Assembly: GCA_963795085.1 (NCBI GenBank)
Contig: CAWCFX010000001.1
Span: 416,001 to 480,000 of the forward strand
DNA: 64,000 bases
Direction: 5' to 3'
Source of the DNA: an uncultured Gemmatimonadales bacterium
GTDB lineage: Bacteria > Gemmatimonadota > Gemmatimonadetes > Gemmatimonadales > GWC2-71-9
Position numbers and translations under genes: made by a program. Position 1 is the stretch's first letter; every line of letters begins with the position of its first letter. Positions 36,987-47,521 of the stretch are shown here, piece after piece. The notes under the pieces were generated by a model, which saw nothing but the letters and a program-made list of their open reading frames with translations, did not search any database and was not told where the DNA came from.

Positions 36987-37756
36987 CCGAATCTCCCGGT
37001 GATGTAGGCCTCGGTCTGCTCGTTGCGCGGCGCGGTGAAGATCTGCCGGGTCTTGCCCGTTTCGATCATGCTGCCGAGGTAGAAGAAGGTCGTCGTATCG
37101 GAGACCCGGGCGGCCTGCTGCATGTTGTGGGTCACGATCACGATGGTGTAGTCCCGCTTGAGTTCGAACACTAGTTCCTCGATTCGCTGGGTACCCTGGG
37201 GGTCGAGGGACGCGGTGGGTTCGTCCAGCAGGATGACCTCCGGCTGAGGCGCGATGGTCCGGGCGATGCAGAGCCGTTGTTGCTGCCCCCCGGAGAGCGC
37301 CAGGGCGCTGGTCCGGAGCCGGTCTTTCACTTCGTCCCACAACGCGGCCTGGCGGAGCGAGCGCTCGACGATCTCGTCCAGCTCCTGGCGGGGCGGTTTG
37401 CCGTTCAATTTCAGCCCGGCCGCGACATTGTCATAGATGTTCATGGTCGGAAACGGGGTCGGCCGCTGGAAGACCATGCCGATCCGGCGCCGCAGCTCCA
37501 TGACGCTCACCTTCCGGTTGTACACGTCCTCGCCGTCCAGCAGCACCCGTCCCGTCACCCAGGCCTGGTCGGTCAACTCGTGCATCCGGTTCAGGGACCG
37601 GAGGAAGGTGGATTTGCCGCACCCGGAGGGGCCGATCAGGGCGTTGACCGAGTTGTTGGCGAAGGCCAGCGATACGTTATTCACCGCGGTGAACTTGCCG
37701 TACATCGCCGTGAGCCGGTCGGTCGCCAGGCGGGGCGGGCCGTCAGTCGGCGACAC
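36983..37756 (-). CDS. pstB: Phosphate ABC transporter ATPase (second copy)
   Basis: Same PstB motifs. GTG start. Confidence 0.96.
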   Translation of the reverse strand: MSPTDGPPRLATDRLTAMYGKFTAVNNVSLAFANNSVNALIGPSGCGKSTFLRSLNRMHELTDQAWVTGRVLLDGEDVYNRKVSVMELRRRIGMVFQRPTPFPTMNIYDNVAAGLKLNGKPPRQELDEIVERSLRQAALWDEVKDRLRTSALALSGGQQQRLCIARTIAPQPEVILLDEPTASLDPQGTQRIEELVFELKRDYTIVIVTHNMQQAARVSDTTTFFYLGSMIETGKTRQIFTAPRNEQTEAYITGRFG

Positions 37757-38588
37757 GGAACCTCTGCCGGGTCGCCAGCCGGGCCCCGATGCTCAGCACC
37801 AGGACAAGGAGAATGAGTACCAGCGCCGCGGCCCAGGCCAGCCGATGCCATTCCTCGTAGGGGCCGGTCGCATACGTGAAGACCGCGAGGGGCAGGGCCG
37901 CCATGGGCTGAGTTGGATCGAGGGTCAGGAACTGGCTGCCCAGCGCGGTCAGGAGCAGTGGCGCGGTCTCGCCCGCCACCCGGGCGATCGCCAGCAGGGT
38001 GCCGGTGACGATGCCGGGGAGGATGGTGCGGAGCACCACGGTGAGGCTGGTCCGCCAGCGGGAATAGCCCAGCGCCAGGGCCGCTTCCCGGAGCGAGTTG
38101 GGCACCAGCTTGATCATCTCCTCGGTGGTCCGCATGACCATGGGGATCATCAGCATCGCCAGCGCGGCGCTCCCGGCGAACCCGGAGAAGTGTTTCTGGG
38201 TGGCCACGATCCAGGTCCAGGCGAAGACGCCGACGACGATGGACGGGGTCCCGTTCATCACGTCGGCCACGAACCGGCTGACCAGCGCGATCCGGCTGCC
38301 GGGATACTCCGCGCTGTAGATGCCGGCGCCGATACCCAGCGGCAGCCCCATCGCGGCCGCCACCCCGACGATGATGAGGGTGCCGACAATGGCGTGGGCC
38401 ACCCCGCCGCCGGTTTCGCCGGCCGGGGAGGGCATTTCGGTGAAGAACGCGAAATTGAGGCTGCCGGCACCCTTGATGATAAGCGTCGCGAGAATCAGGA
38501 TGAGGGGCACCAGCGCCAGCAGGACCGAGGCTCCCATGAGGCCGATCATGAACTTGCCGCGCACCCGCCGGAGCACCGCCCGGTTCAC
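37743..38588 (-). CDS. pstA: Phosphate ABC transporter permease PstA
   Basis: [24 protein letters not shown]. Confidence 0.96.
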   Translation of the reverse strand: MNRAVLRRVRGKFMIGLMGASVLLALVPLILILATLIIKGAGSLNFAFFTEMPSPAGETGGGVAHAIVGTLIIVGVAAAMGLPLGIGAGIYSAEYPGSRIALVSRFVADVMNGTPSIVVGVFAWTWIVATQKHFSGFAGSAALAMLMIPMVMRTTEEMIKLVPNSLREAALALGYSRWRTSLTVVLRTILPGIVTGTLLAIARVAGETAPLLLTALGSQFLTLDPTQPMAALPLAVFTYATGPYEEWHRLAWAAALVLILLVLVLSIGARLATRQRFRVAD

Positions 38589-39571
38589 AGGCCCTTGCTC
38601 CCGGTGCCGCCGCGCGACACCCGCCAGATCAGCAGCCGGGCCGCCGCGTTGACCAGCACCGTCACCACGAAGAGCACCAGCGCCACGTAGGACAGGGCCG
38701 ACAGGTGGATGTCGCCCACCGCCTCGGTAAACTCATTGGCGATCGCCGAGGCCATGGTATAGCCCGGGGCAAAGAGGGAGGCGGCGATCTCGTGCCGGTT
38801 GCCGATCAGCATGGTCACCGCCATCGTCTCACCCAGCGCGCGCCCCAGGCCCAGGATCACGGCGCCAATGATGCCCGACCTGGCATAGGGAACCACGGCG
38901 GTGATGACCGCTTCCCACCGGGTTGCCCCCAGGGCCAGGGCCGCCTCGCGCTGGCTGTTGGGCACCGCCAGCAGCACCTCCCGGGATACCGACATGATGA
39001 ATGGCATGATCATGATCGCCAGGATGATGCTGGCGGCCAGCATCGAGGGGCCGTAGATCGGCCCCTGGAAGAACGGGAGAAAACCCAGGGTGTCCCGCAG
39101 AAAGGGAAACAGGGTGGCCTTGAGGATGGGAATCAGGAAGAAAATTCCCCAGAGGCCGTACACCACGCTGGGGATGGCGGCCAGCAATTCCAGCATGAAA
39201 GCGATGGGCTGCCGGATCCGGTGCGGCGCGAACTCGGTCAGGAAGATCGCCACCCCCAGCGAGAGCGGCACCGCGATCAGCAGCGCCAGCGCCGACGAGA
39301 GCAGAGTCCCGAAAATGAGCGGAAGGGCGCCAAACTGTTCGGCGACGGGGTCCCAGGTACTGGAGGAGATGAACGAGAAGCCAAAGGTGCCAATGGCAAG
39401 GCGGGAGCCCTGGTAGAGCTCCACCACCAGGAACATCAGCAGGACCGGAATGCTGAGCGCCGCGAGGGTCAGCACGCCCCGGAAGACCCGGTCGGCGTAA
39501 CTGACCCGCTCCAACGATCCGGCCCCGCGCTCGACCGGCGCGGACTCCACGGGCTCCACCGAGGTTGTCAT
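38585..39571 (-). CDS. pstC: Phosphate ABC transporter permease PstC
   Basis: LAAIPSVVYGLWG, GRALGETMAV. Start placed at ATG 39571, 7 nt after TACACT (alternative GTG at 39610). Confidence 0.95.
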   Translation of the reverse strand: MTTSVEPVESAPVERGAGSLERVSYADRVFRGVLTLAALSIPVLLMFLVVELYQGSRLAIGTFGFSFISSSTWDPVAEQFGALPLIFGTLLSSALALLIAVPLSLGVAIFLTEFAPHRIRQPIAFMLELLAAIPSVVYGLWGIFFLIPILKATLFPFLRDTLGFLPFFQGPIYGPSMLAASIILAIMIMPFIMSVSREVLLAVPNSQREAALALGATRWEAVITAVVPYARSGIIGAVILGLGRALGETMAVTMLIGNRHEIAASLFAPGYTMASAIANEFTEAVGDIHLSALSYVALVLFVVTVLVNAAARLLIWRVSRGGTGSKGL

Positions 39572-39578
39572 GGCCGGG

Positions 39579-39632
39579 AGTGTAGTCTCGCCCGGCGGCG
39601 GAACCGTCACGGTATTGTAACGAACGGGTCAC
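39579..39632 (-). promoter_or_regulatory. Candidate Pho box plus -10 element for pstC
   Basis: GTCAC/GTAAC/GTCAC at 39606, 39617 and 39628 (11-bp period). Minus-strand TACACT at 39579-39584. Confidence 0.7.
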
Positions 39633-39649
39633 AGCGGGATCGAAGGCAA

Positions 39650-39802
39650 GTGGGACAGTGGGACAGTGGGACAGTGGGACAGTGGGACAGTAGGTCAGTG
39701 GGACAGTGAGTCAGTGAGTCAGTGGGTCAGTGGGTCAGTGGGACGCCGTAGGACAATGGGACAGTGGGACAGTGGGACAGTGGGTCGGTGGGACAGTGGG
39801 AC
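39650..39802. repeat. Octamer tandem repeat (GTGGGWCA) ~19 copies, some degenerate
   Basis: Direct reading. Confidence 0.92.
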
Positions 39803-39803
39803 C

Positions 39804-39837
39804 AAACAAAATCGGGAGCAGTCACGGACTGCCCCCG
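39804..39837 (-). terminator. Probable intrinsic terminator after the porin gene
   Basis: Hairpin CGGGAGCAGTC-ACG-GACTGCCCCCG, with a T-rich tail (ATTTTGTTT) on the minus strand. Confidence 0.6.
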
Positions 39838-39860
39838 GTTCGGTTACGACACCGTCACGG

Positions 39861-40964
39861 CTAGAAATTCACGGTCATTCCGGTGCGGACGCCGCTGATC
39901 GACTTGGCGCCACTGGCCTGGAAGCTCTGGTTTTCATACATCGCCCGGAGCTGGGCCCGGCTGGACAGATACAGGTTGACGCCGGCCGAGACCAGGGTGC
40001 TGCCGTCGTCGGGGGTGTCGGTGTCGGGATCCTGCTGGTCGAATCGCAGGGCGGGCTCGATCGCGTACAGGAACGCGTTGGGGTTCTTCATGCGGACGTG
40101 CCAGGCGCCCACCAGCGAGATGCCCTGGATATTGACGTTGTTGTCCGCCCGGGACTCGCCCCGCATGTAGTCGCCCACCAGGAAGAGGCCCTCGTCGCCG
40201 GGGACGCCCCAGGCGGCGTCGAGGCCGATGGCCGAGTTGGTGTAGCCGGAGTCCGGTGCGGTCGCTGCCGGCGGGGTGACGATCCCGTCGTGGGAGAACC
40301 AGGAGCCGCCGATGTTCAGCCTGGCGCCCAGCCCGACCGTGGCCCGGACCCCGAACGACTTCCGGTTGTTCACGTCGTTCTTGCTCTCGCCCTCGCCGTT
40401 GTACAGGCCGGCGTGGAAGGTCAAGGCCTGGTTGGCGGCAGCACCCATCTTGTGCCGCACCAGCAGGGCGGCGCCGATATCGTGGGAGAGGAACCCGTTG
40501 GCACTGAAGAGATCGTTGGACGAGGCCCGGACCAGTCCCTTGCCGGCGCCACGCTCCAGGGACGGCAGGTTGTTGGACGAGAGCAGCTCGTAGCGGCCAA
40601 AGGGACGTTTCTCCTGTCCCATGCGGAGGAGAACGCGGGTCCGGGGCTCGCCCCGTTGAAAGCCCAGATCGACATAGGCATCGCGCAGGCGGAGGCGGGT
40701 GGAGCCGTCCTCGAACGAGGGCTGGACGGTGGCGAACACGGTTTCGGTGATCTGGACGTTGGCCTGGAAGCGGGCCCGGCGAACAAGGAAGTTGGTCATC
40801 GGCCCGGTGCTGGCGGCGTAGTCCTCGTTGCCCATGTAATAGGCCTGGGTCTGCATCCGGCCCTGGATCTTCACGCTGGGGTAGGTGGCCTGGGCGGCCG
40901 CCGTCCCCGCGGCCGTGAGCGAAAATGCCAGGCCGATGAACAGCCTCGAACCGATTGATGCCAT
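39861..40964 (-). CDS. Phosphate-selective porin (OprO/OprP-like)
   Basis: Signal peptide, F.VRRAR, LRDAY, GQ.K.PF, LER, terminal Phe. Located in the Pho locus. Confidence 0.85.
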   Translation of the reverse strand: MASIGSRLFIGLAFSLTAAGTAAAQATYPSVKIQGRMQTQAYYMGNEDYAASTGPMTNFLVRRARFQANVQITETVFATVQPSFEDGSTRLRLRDAYVDLGFQRGEPRTRVLLRMGQEKRPFGRYELLSSNNLPSLERGAGKGLVRASSNDLFSANGFLSHDIGAALLVRHKMGAAANQALTFHAGLYNGEGESKNDVNNRKSFGVRATVGLGARLNIGGSWFSHDGIVTPPAATAPDSGYTNSAIGLDAAWGVPGDEGLFLVGDYMRGESRADNNVNIQGISLVGAWHVRMKNPNAFLYAIEPALRFDQQDPDTDTPDDGSTLVSAGVNLYLSSRAQLRAMYENQSFQASGAKSISGVRTGMTVNF

Positions 40965-41092
40965 CGCGGTAACTCCGTGGTGGTGACTCCAGCCGCCCGG
41001 CGGACGCCGCGGCTCGGCTGGAGCCGGAATGTAGTGGCGGCGTGCCGGTTCGCATGAACCGCGGCCGCGCGGCAGAATGGAAGCTCCGGGTT

Positions 41093-41130
41093 GTCACGCC
41101 GCGGCGGCGGCCCGGTCACGCCCTGGTAAC
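41093..41130 (-). promoter_or_regulatory. Candidate Pho box upstream of the porin
   Basis: GTCAC at 41093 and 41115, GTAAC at 41126 (multiples of 11 bp). Same orientation as at pstC. Confidence 0.55.
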
Positions 41131-41250
41131 AGGCCGGGGCGGCCACCATTCCCGGGCGCTGGTGTGGAGGGCCCTGAAGGGATCCTGGAATAGTCGCTCG
41201 CATTCGCCCCATCGTGCTACGAACGCTCCGCGCGCGCGAGGCGGCCCGCC

Positions 41251-42972
41251 TTACTTGCCTTCGGGGCCGGCGGCCGGGAAAAAACAGCTTACCGTGGTGC
41301 CCTTTCCCCACTCGCTATCGGCGCTGACCCGTCCGCCGTGCGCCTCCACCAGGTGCTTGACGATGGCGAGTCCCAGGCCGGTGCCGCCTTCGTCCCGGGA
41401 ACGGGAGGGGTCCGCGCGGTAGAACCGCTCGAAGATGCGGGGCAGGTGGTCCCGGGTGATGCCGCTGCCGGTGTCGGACACGCTGATGGTGATGCCGCCG
41501 TCTTCCTCGCTGGCCCGGCAGACGACCGTCCCGCCGGGTGGCGTGTACCGCAGCGCGTTGTCAATCAGGTTGAGCAGGACGTGGCGAAGGGCGTCTTCGT
41601 CCGCCACCATCCGTTCCGCTACCGGTGTCACCTGGACCTCGATCACCAGGCTCCGGCCCGCGGCGCGGTCGCGGCAGTCGGCCACCACGCTCTCCATGAC
41701 GCCGCGTACGTCCACGTTTTCGAGGGCCGGTTGCCACCGCCCCGACTCGATCCGGGAGAGGTCCAGCAGGCTGTCCACCAGCCGCTGCATGCGCCGCGCA
41801 TTCACCAGGATCACCTGCAGAAAGCGCCGCGTGGTCTCCGGGTCGGGCTGGTCGGTGAGGAGCGTTTCGCTGTATCCCGAAATGGACGTAAGCGGGGTCT
41901 TGAGTTCGTGCGATACATTGGCCACAAAATCCCGGCGCACCGCTTCGAGCCGGCGGATCTCGGTGACGTCGCGCATCACCAGCACCAGTCCGCCGCCCTG
42001 GAAAGGCCGGGCGCCGAACGAGAGAATCCGGTCGTCCATTTCCAGCTCCCGCCCGGCGACCGAGTTACCCCGGAGCGCCGCATCGATCACCCCGCGGGCC
42101 GCCTTGGCCCGGAACAACTGGGGCAAGTCCGGCATCCGGACGCTTGGGGCGTAGCCCAGCATCCTGCGGGCCGACGCGTTGGCGTTGAGGACCCGGCCCC
42201 GCTGGTCGGCCGCGATCACGCCTTCCGCCATGGCATCGATCATGGCGGTGGTTTCTTCCTGTTCCTGCCGCAGGGCGCCGAGGCGGTCCGTGAAGCGGAC
42301 GTGCAGGTCGCGGAGGGCCCGTACCAGCGCGTCAATGTCGGGAATCCCGGAGTGGGGGAACCGGGGGGCCGCCCCGGCGGAGATGGCACCGGCCGCGCTG
42401 ATGATGCCGGTCAGCGGCCGCGCCACCGCCTGGCCGGCGACGAAGGCGAGTACCGTCCCCACCAGGAGCGCCAGCAGGGCCGCGATCACGATGCTTCGCT
42501 GGGCCTGGCGCACGGTCCGGTCCACCTGTTCCACGCTCGCGGCCACCCGGACCACCCCGGGGCCGCCGGGGACCGCGACATACAGGAGCCGCCGGGCCAG
42601 GCTGGCGCTTTCCCGGCCGGCCGAGCCGGTGCCGCCAGCGAGGGCGGCGGCGATCTCCGGCCGGTTGCCATGATTTTCCAGGGTTCCCAGCTGGCTGGCC
42701 GGCACCTCGCTGTCCATGATCACGCGGCCCGATGGATCCACCAGCGTGATCCGGTGGGTCGTGACGGCGGCCATCCGCTGGACCACCGGGCCCCAGGCCG
42801 CCGAGTCGGCGGGCAGGGCGTCGCGGACCAGCCGGGCCTCGCCTTCCAGGGCGCTGGCGAAGTTGTCGTCGAGATGGCCGCGAAGCGATACCTCGGCGCT
42901 CCACACCATCACGCCGACCGATACCAGGAGGGTGACCACGATGCCGACAAAGAGCCGGCCGGCGAAATTCAC
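41251..42972 (-). CDS. phoR: Phosphate regulon sensor histidine kinase
   Basis: Two TM helices, PAS, FVANVSHELKTPL, NL.DNA, FERFYR, GTGLGL. Confidence 0.9.
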   Translation of the reverse strand: MNFAGRLFVGIVVTLLVSVGVMVWSAEVSLRGHLDDNFASALEGEARLVRDALPADSAAWGPVVQRMAAVTTHRITLVDPSGRVIMDSEVPASQLGTLENHGNRPEIAAALAGGTGSAGRESASLARRLLYVAVPGGPGVVRVAASVEQVDRTVRQAQRSIVIAALLALLVGTVLAFVAGQAVARPLTGIISAAGAISAGAAPRFPHSGIPDIDALVRALRDLHVRFTDRLGALRQEQEETTAMIDAMAEGVIAADQRGRVLNANASARRMLGYAPSVRMPDLPQLFRAKAARGVIDAALRGNSVAGRELEMDDRILSFGARPFQGGGLVLVMRDVTEIRRLEAVRRDFVANVSHELKTPLTSISGYSETLLTDQPDPETTRRFLQVILVNARRMQRLVDSLLDLSRIESGRWQPALENVDVRGVMESVVADCRDRAAGRSLVIEVQVTPVAERMVADEDALRHVLLNLIDNALRYTPPGGTVVCRASEEDGGITISVSDTGSGITRDHLPRIFERFYRADPSRSRDEGGTGLGLAIVKHLVEAHGGRVSADSEWGKGTTVSCFFPAAGPEGK

Positions 42973-43673
42973 TTGCTCTTGCTCCGCTCGGTGCCTTTGA
43001 ACCGGTAGCCGAATCCGCGGACCGTCTCGATGAGATTGCCCGCGGGCCCCAGCTTGGCCCGCAGCCGCTGAACGTGCATGTCCACGGTGCGGGTCTGGAT
43101 GTCGGGCTGGGCTTCCCAGACGGTTTCCAGGAGCTGGGGCCGGGACTGGACCCGGCCTCGCCGTTCGACCAGCGTGAGCAGCAGCTTGTACTCGGTGGCG
43201 GTCAACTCGAGCTCCTCGCCCTCCACGGTCACCCGGTGTGACGAGCGGTCGATGGCAATCGGACCCGCGGACAGGGTGGAGCCGGTGGCCACCGCCGGGG
43301 CGACCAGCCGGCGCAGCAGGGCCTGGACCCGGAGCGTCAGTTCCTGGGGAGAGAACGGCTTGGTGAGATAGTCATCGGCGCCGAGGGAGAGCCCCTTGAT
43401 GCGGTCGGCCTCCTCCCGCCGGGCGGTGAGGAGGATGACGCCCACCTCCCGGGTTTCTTCACGGCGTCGCATTTCGCCGAGGACATCGTACCCGGAGACG
43501 CTGGGGAGCATGATATCCAGGATGACGATGTCGGGACGCTCCTCCCGCGCCGCCTTGAGGGCGTCGGGACCGTTGGCGGCGGTGCTGACCCGGTAGCCGG
43601 CCTTGGCGAGGTGGTAGGCGACCAGCGCGGTGATATCGGGTTCGTCGTCCACCACCAGGATACGATGGGTCAT
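42969..43673 (-). CDS. phoB: Phosphate regulon response regulator (OmpR family)
   Basis: VVDDE, LDIMLP, GADDY.TKPF, RTVD.H..RLR.KL, TVRG.GY. Confidence 0.9.
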   Translation of the reverse strand: MTHRILVVDDEPDITALVAYHLAKAGYRVSTAANGPDALKAAREERPDIVILDIMLPSVSGYDVLGEMRRREETREVGVILLTARREEADRIKGLSLGADDYLTKPFSPQELTLRVQALLRRLVAPAVATGSTLSAGPIAIDRSSHRVTVEGEELELTATEYKLLLTLVERRGRVQSRPQLLETVWEAQPDIQTRTVDMHVQRLRAKLGPAGNLIETVRGFGYRFKGTERSKSK

Positions 43674-43694
43674 ACCCCGCGGCTCCTCATGTGG

Positions 43695-44072
43695 CTAGCG
43701 CTCGGTGTCCGATTCAACATGCTCGACCCGGGTGCGGGTGTGGGTCCGGCTTCGCTCGGCGGCCCGCTGGCGCTCGCCCCGCATGACCTGGTCGTGGGCA
43801 ACCCCGTCGAGGATGGCGGTCAACAGCCGGCCCCGGGCGTCGCTGCCGCGCCGAAGCCGGTAGAGCACAAACTGGGCGATAGCGGTATCCCGGACGATAT
43901 CGGCGCTGCGCAACACTTTCAGGTGCCGGGACACGGTCGGCTGGGGCAGCTCCAGCACGGCCTGCAGGTCGGAGACGAACAGCGGAGCGGCGGCCAGGCA
44001 ATTGAGGATCCGGAGCCGGGTCGGCTCCGCGACGGTAAGCAGCAGGGTGGTGATAGAGGCGCCGTCTGGCAT
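43695..44072 (-). CDS. ArsR/SmtB-family transcriptional regulator
   Basis: A.PTRLRIL..L, V.DL...L.L.QPTVSRHL..LR. Confidence 0.88.
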   Translation of the reverse strand: MPDGASITTLLLTVAEPTRLRILNCLAAAPLFVSDLQAVLELPQPTVSRHLKVLRSADIVRDTAIAQFVLYRLRRGSDARGRLLTAILDGVAHDQVMRGERQRAAERSRTHTRTRVEHVESDTER

Positions 44073-44175
44073 ATGCGGCTAAACGAATACCCGCCCGGCC
44101 TTCCCGCGCAAGGGCGCGCCGCGCCGACATGAAACCGCGCTACCACATCGCCGGGGCTTTCGGTAGCTTGTACCC

Positions 44176-47100
44176 ATGCTGCTTCCTCTCCTGCTCGCGC
44201 TGCTGACGCAGGCCCAGGACACCACCCATCTCGTCATTGTTTCCACCACCGATGTCCACGGCCAAGCCACGGGGTGGAACTACCTGGCCGGCCGCGCCGC
44301 CGACGGGGGCCTCTCCCGCGCGGCCCGGGTGGTGGATTCGCTGCGGGCGAGATACCCGGGGCGGGTGGTCCTGCTGGATGCCGGCGACGCGCTCCAGGGC
44401 GACCCGTTCGCGGCCTATTTCGCCCGGGTCGCGCCCCGGGATCCGCACCCGGTGCTCGATGCCATGGGCGCCATGGGGTACGATGCGGCCACGCCGGGCG
44501 ATCACGATTTCGACTTCGGAGCGCCCTGGCTTTTTCGCTCCATCCGGGCGGCCTCCTTTCCGTTCGTCAGCGCCAATCTCTACACCCTGCCGCAGGATAC
44601 GCTGGCCCTGGCTCCCTATGCGCTGGTTCGCCGGGGCGGCGTCCGGATCGCCGTGACCGGGCTGACCACGCCGGCGGCCGCGGTGGGGAACCGGGCGGCG
44701 TGGCGCAATCAGCTGCGGGTGGGACGCCTTGCCGATGCGGCGCCCGGGGTGCTGCCCCCCATGGCCGCGAACGCCGACCTGAGCATCGTCCTGCTGCATG
44801 GCGGGATCGCCGGGCGCTCCACGCATGACACGACGGGACTGGGACCCGAGCACGACGGAGCGGCGTTGGCGTACGGGGCCTACCGGCCCCACCTGGTCGT
44901 GGTCGGCCACAGCCACGGCGAACTGGCGGACTCGGTCATCAATGGCGTGCATTTCGTGCAGCCCGGCCCCGAGGCCCGCAGCCTTTCGGTCATGCATGTG
45001 ACTCTCCGGCGGACCGCCGATGGCTGGCGGCCGTCCCGGTTTCGCGGGGAGCTGGTGCCGCTGGCCGCGGTGCCGCCATCGGAGGCCATCGCCCGCCGGC
45101 TGCAGCCCGACCATGACGCGGTGCGGCGGTGGGTGGCCCAGCCGCTGGGCAATGTGGCGGCCGACATGCCTGCCAGTACGGGCCGGGCCGAAGCATTGCC
45201 CCTGACCGCGTGGATCAATGACGTCCAGCGCCGTGCCGCGGGGGCCAGCCTCTCGGTCACCCCGGTTCCGGATCTCCCAGCCGGACTGCGCGCCGGCGTG
45301 GTCACGCTGGGCCAGTTGTTCGCGCTGTATCCCGGTGAACAGACGCTGCGGACGGTCCGGGTGACCGGCGGGCAGGTCAAGGACCTGCTGGAACACTCGG
45401 CGAGCTACTACGCGGTGGACCCGCAGGGCCGGGTGCGGCTCAATGACAGCGTATCGGGCCGGGACGTGGATATCCTGGGCGGGGCCGAGTATTCGATTGA
45501 TCTGCGGCTGCCGGTGGGGAGCCGGGTGCGGAGCCTTTCGGTGCGGGGGCGCCCGGTCCAGCCACTCGACCAGTTCACCCTGGCGGTGGCGGCGGGCCGG
45601 CACGAAGGGGCCGGTACCTACTCGATGCTGGCGGGAGCCCCGACCGTGGAGGACCAGGGCGACAAGGTCCGCGATCTCCTGGCCGCGGATATCCGCACCC
45701 GGGGGGTGCTCGACCCCTCGGCGTTCTCGGGGACGCCCTGGCGGATCATTCCCGCCGAGCTGGCACTGGCGGCCCGGCGCCTCTTCGCGCCCACGCCGGA
45801 TCTGGCCCGTCCCGGCACGCCCCGGGACACCATCCTGCTCCGGATCTTCGCCATCGGCGATTTTCACGGGGCCCTTCTCCCGAGAGTGCGCACCTGGTCA
45901 GGGGAGCGGCCGGTGGGTGGGATGCCCGCACTCAAGCGCCTGATGGACAGCCTCACCATCCAGTGTGCCTGTCCCGATCTCCGGGTGGATGCCGGAGACG
46001 AGATGCAGGGAACCCTGGCTTCCAACCTGGAGTTTGGCCGTTCCACCGTCCTGGCGATGAACCTGCTGGGCATCGATGCCGCCGTCATCGGTAATCATGA
46101 CTTTGACTGGTCGGTGGACACCCTGCTCCGGCGGATGGCCGAGGCCCGCTATCCCTGGCTGCTGGCCAACGTGGTGGACAGCGCCACCGGGCGGCGGCCC
46201 GACTGGGCGATACCCTGGCGGATCCTCCCGGCCGGCCGGCTCCGGGTGGGTTTCCTGGGTTACATCACGCCGGAGACCCGGTCCATTGTTCGGGGGGACC
46301 TGCTGCGGGGGCTGGCATTCACCGGGCCCGCGTCACTGGCCGAGCCGCTCGCCCAGCTTCGGGCCGAGCGGCCCGACCTGGTGGTGCTGCTGGCCCATGA
46401 AGGCGCGTCGTGCGAAGGCGGGCCCGGCGGGGCCTGTGCCGGCGCCATCATCGACCTCGCGCGGTCGCTCGATTCCGGTTCCGTGGATCTCATCGTGGCG
46501 GGGCACCGGCACCAGCTCACCGACACCCGGGTCCGCGGCATTCCCATCGTGCAGACCGGGAGCAGCGGCGGCGATGTCGGGGTGATCGACATCGTGCAGA
46601 CCCTGGTGGGGTCGCGGGAGGTGCGGACCCGGCTGGTGCCGGTGTACGCCGACAGCATCGGCGCGGACAGCGCGATGGCCGGGTTGGTGGAAGGGTTTCG
46701 GCGGCGGAGCGATTCGCTGGCCAGCCGGGTGGTTGCCACCCTCAAGACCCCGGCCCCCCGGTCCGCCGGCCAGTATCCCCTGGGGAACCTGGTTGCCGAC
46801 GCCCACCGGAACGCACTGCGTACCGACTTCGGCCTGATGAACAACGGCGGCATTCGCACCGGCCTGCCGGCCGGTCCCGTCAACTACTCGCAGGTGTTTG
46901 AAGTCTCGCCGTTCGGCAACGAACTGGTGCGGATCCGGCTCACCGGCGGGGACATGCGCGCCATCCTGGAGCAGATCCTGGCCGACGGGACCGCCGGGCG
47001 CCCACGTCTCCGGGCTCCAGGTGAGGTACGAGCCGGGCCGCCCGCGCGGGCAGCGGGTGCGCGAGATCCGCCTGCCGAACGGGAAGCGGATGGACGACCG

Positions 47101-47284
47101 TGCCACCTACACCCTCGCGGTGAACGACTTCCTGGCCGGCGGCAAAGACGGCTTTGCCATGCTGGCGGGGCTTCCGCAGGAACGGACCGGGATCGTGGAT
47201 ACCGATGCGCTGGTCAACTATCTGCGCCGGCTGCCCCAGCCGGTCGAGTTGCCGGCGGACGACCGGTTCATCCTCCGCCGCTGA
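44176..47284 (+). pseudogene. Tandem two-module 5'-nucleotidase / 2',3'-cyclic phosphodiesterase (YfkN-like) with a +1 frameshift near 46990
   Basis: Two sets of D.HG, DAGD, G(D/N)HDFD and GH.H motifs. The C-terminus (AHVSGL...YTLAVNDFLAGG.DG) continues in another frame to 47284. May be a sequencing error. Confidence 0.8.
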
Positions 47285-47287
47285 TCG

Positions 47288-47521
47288 ATGCGCATCTATA
47301 TCAACGGCCGTCCGGCGGACGTCGCCAGTGGAGCGGACGCCCTCACCGCCCTCCGGGCGCACGATGCCGAACTGGCCGCGCAGGTGGAGCGGGGCGCCGC
47401 TTACTTGACCGACGGCCGGGCCATCCGGGTGGATGCCGAGGCGCCGCTTGCCTCCGGCGACATTCTCAGGGTAATCACCAATTCCCGCCGGGGCGGAGAG
47501 GGCGCCGATGCTGACGCGTGA
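47288..47521 (+). CDS. Small hypothetical protein with a ThiS/MoaD-like beta-grasp pattern
   Basis: M.I.ING start and PL..GD.L.VI near the end. Tightly packed in the operon. Confidence 0.65.
   Translation: MRIYINGRPADVASGADALTALRAHDAELAAQVERGAAYLTDGRAIRVDAEAPLASGDILRVITNSRRGGEGADADA

Noticed and set aside
36987..37340. N-terminal extensions given by the ORF track (pstB here, also thiD to 52301, deoC from 28476, lipoprotein from 52414)
   Set aside because: They overlap neighbouring real genes. Internal starts with SD or ATGA coupling fit better.
46991..47514. C-terminal extension of the 1112-aa ORF
   Set aside because: Out-of-frame Arg/Pro/Gly-rich read-through after the frameshift. The real domain ends at 47284.
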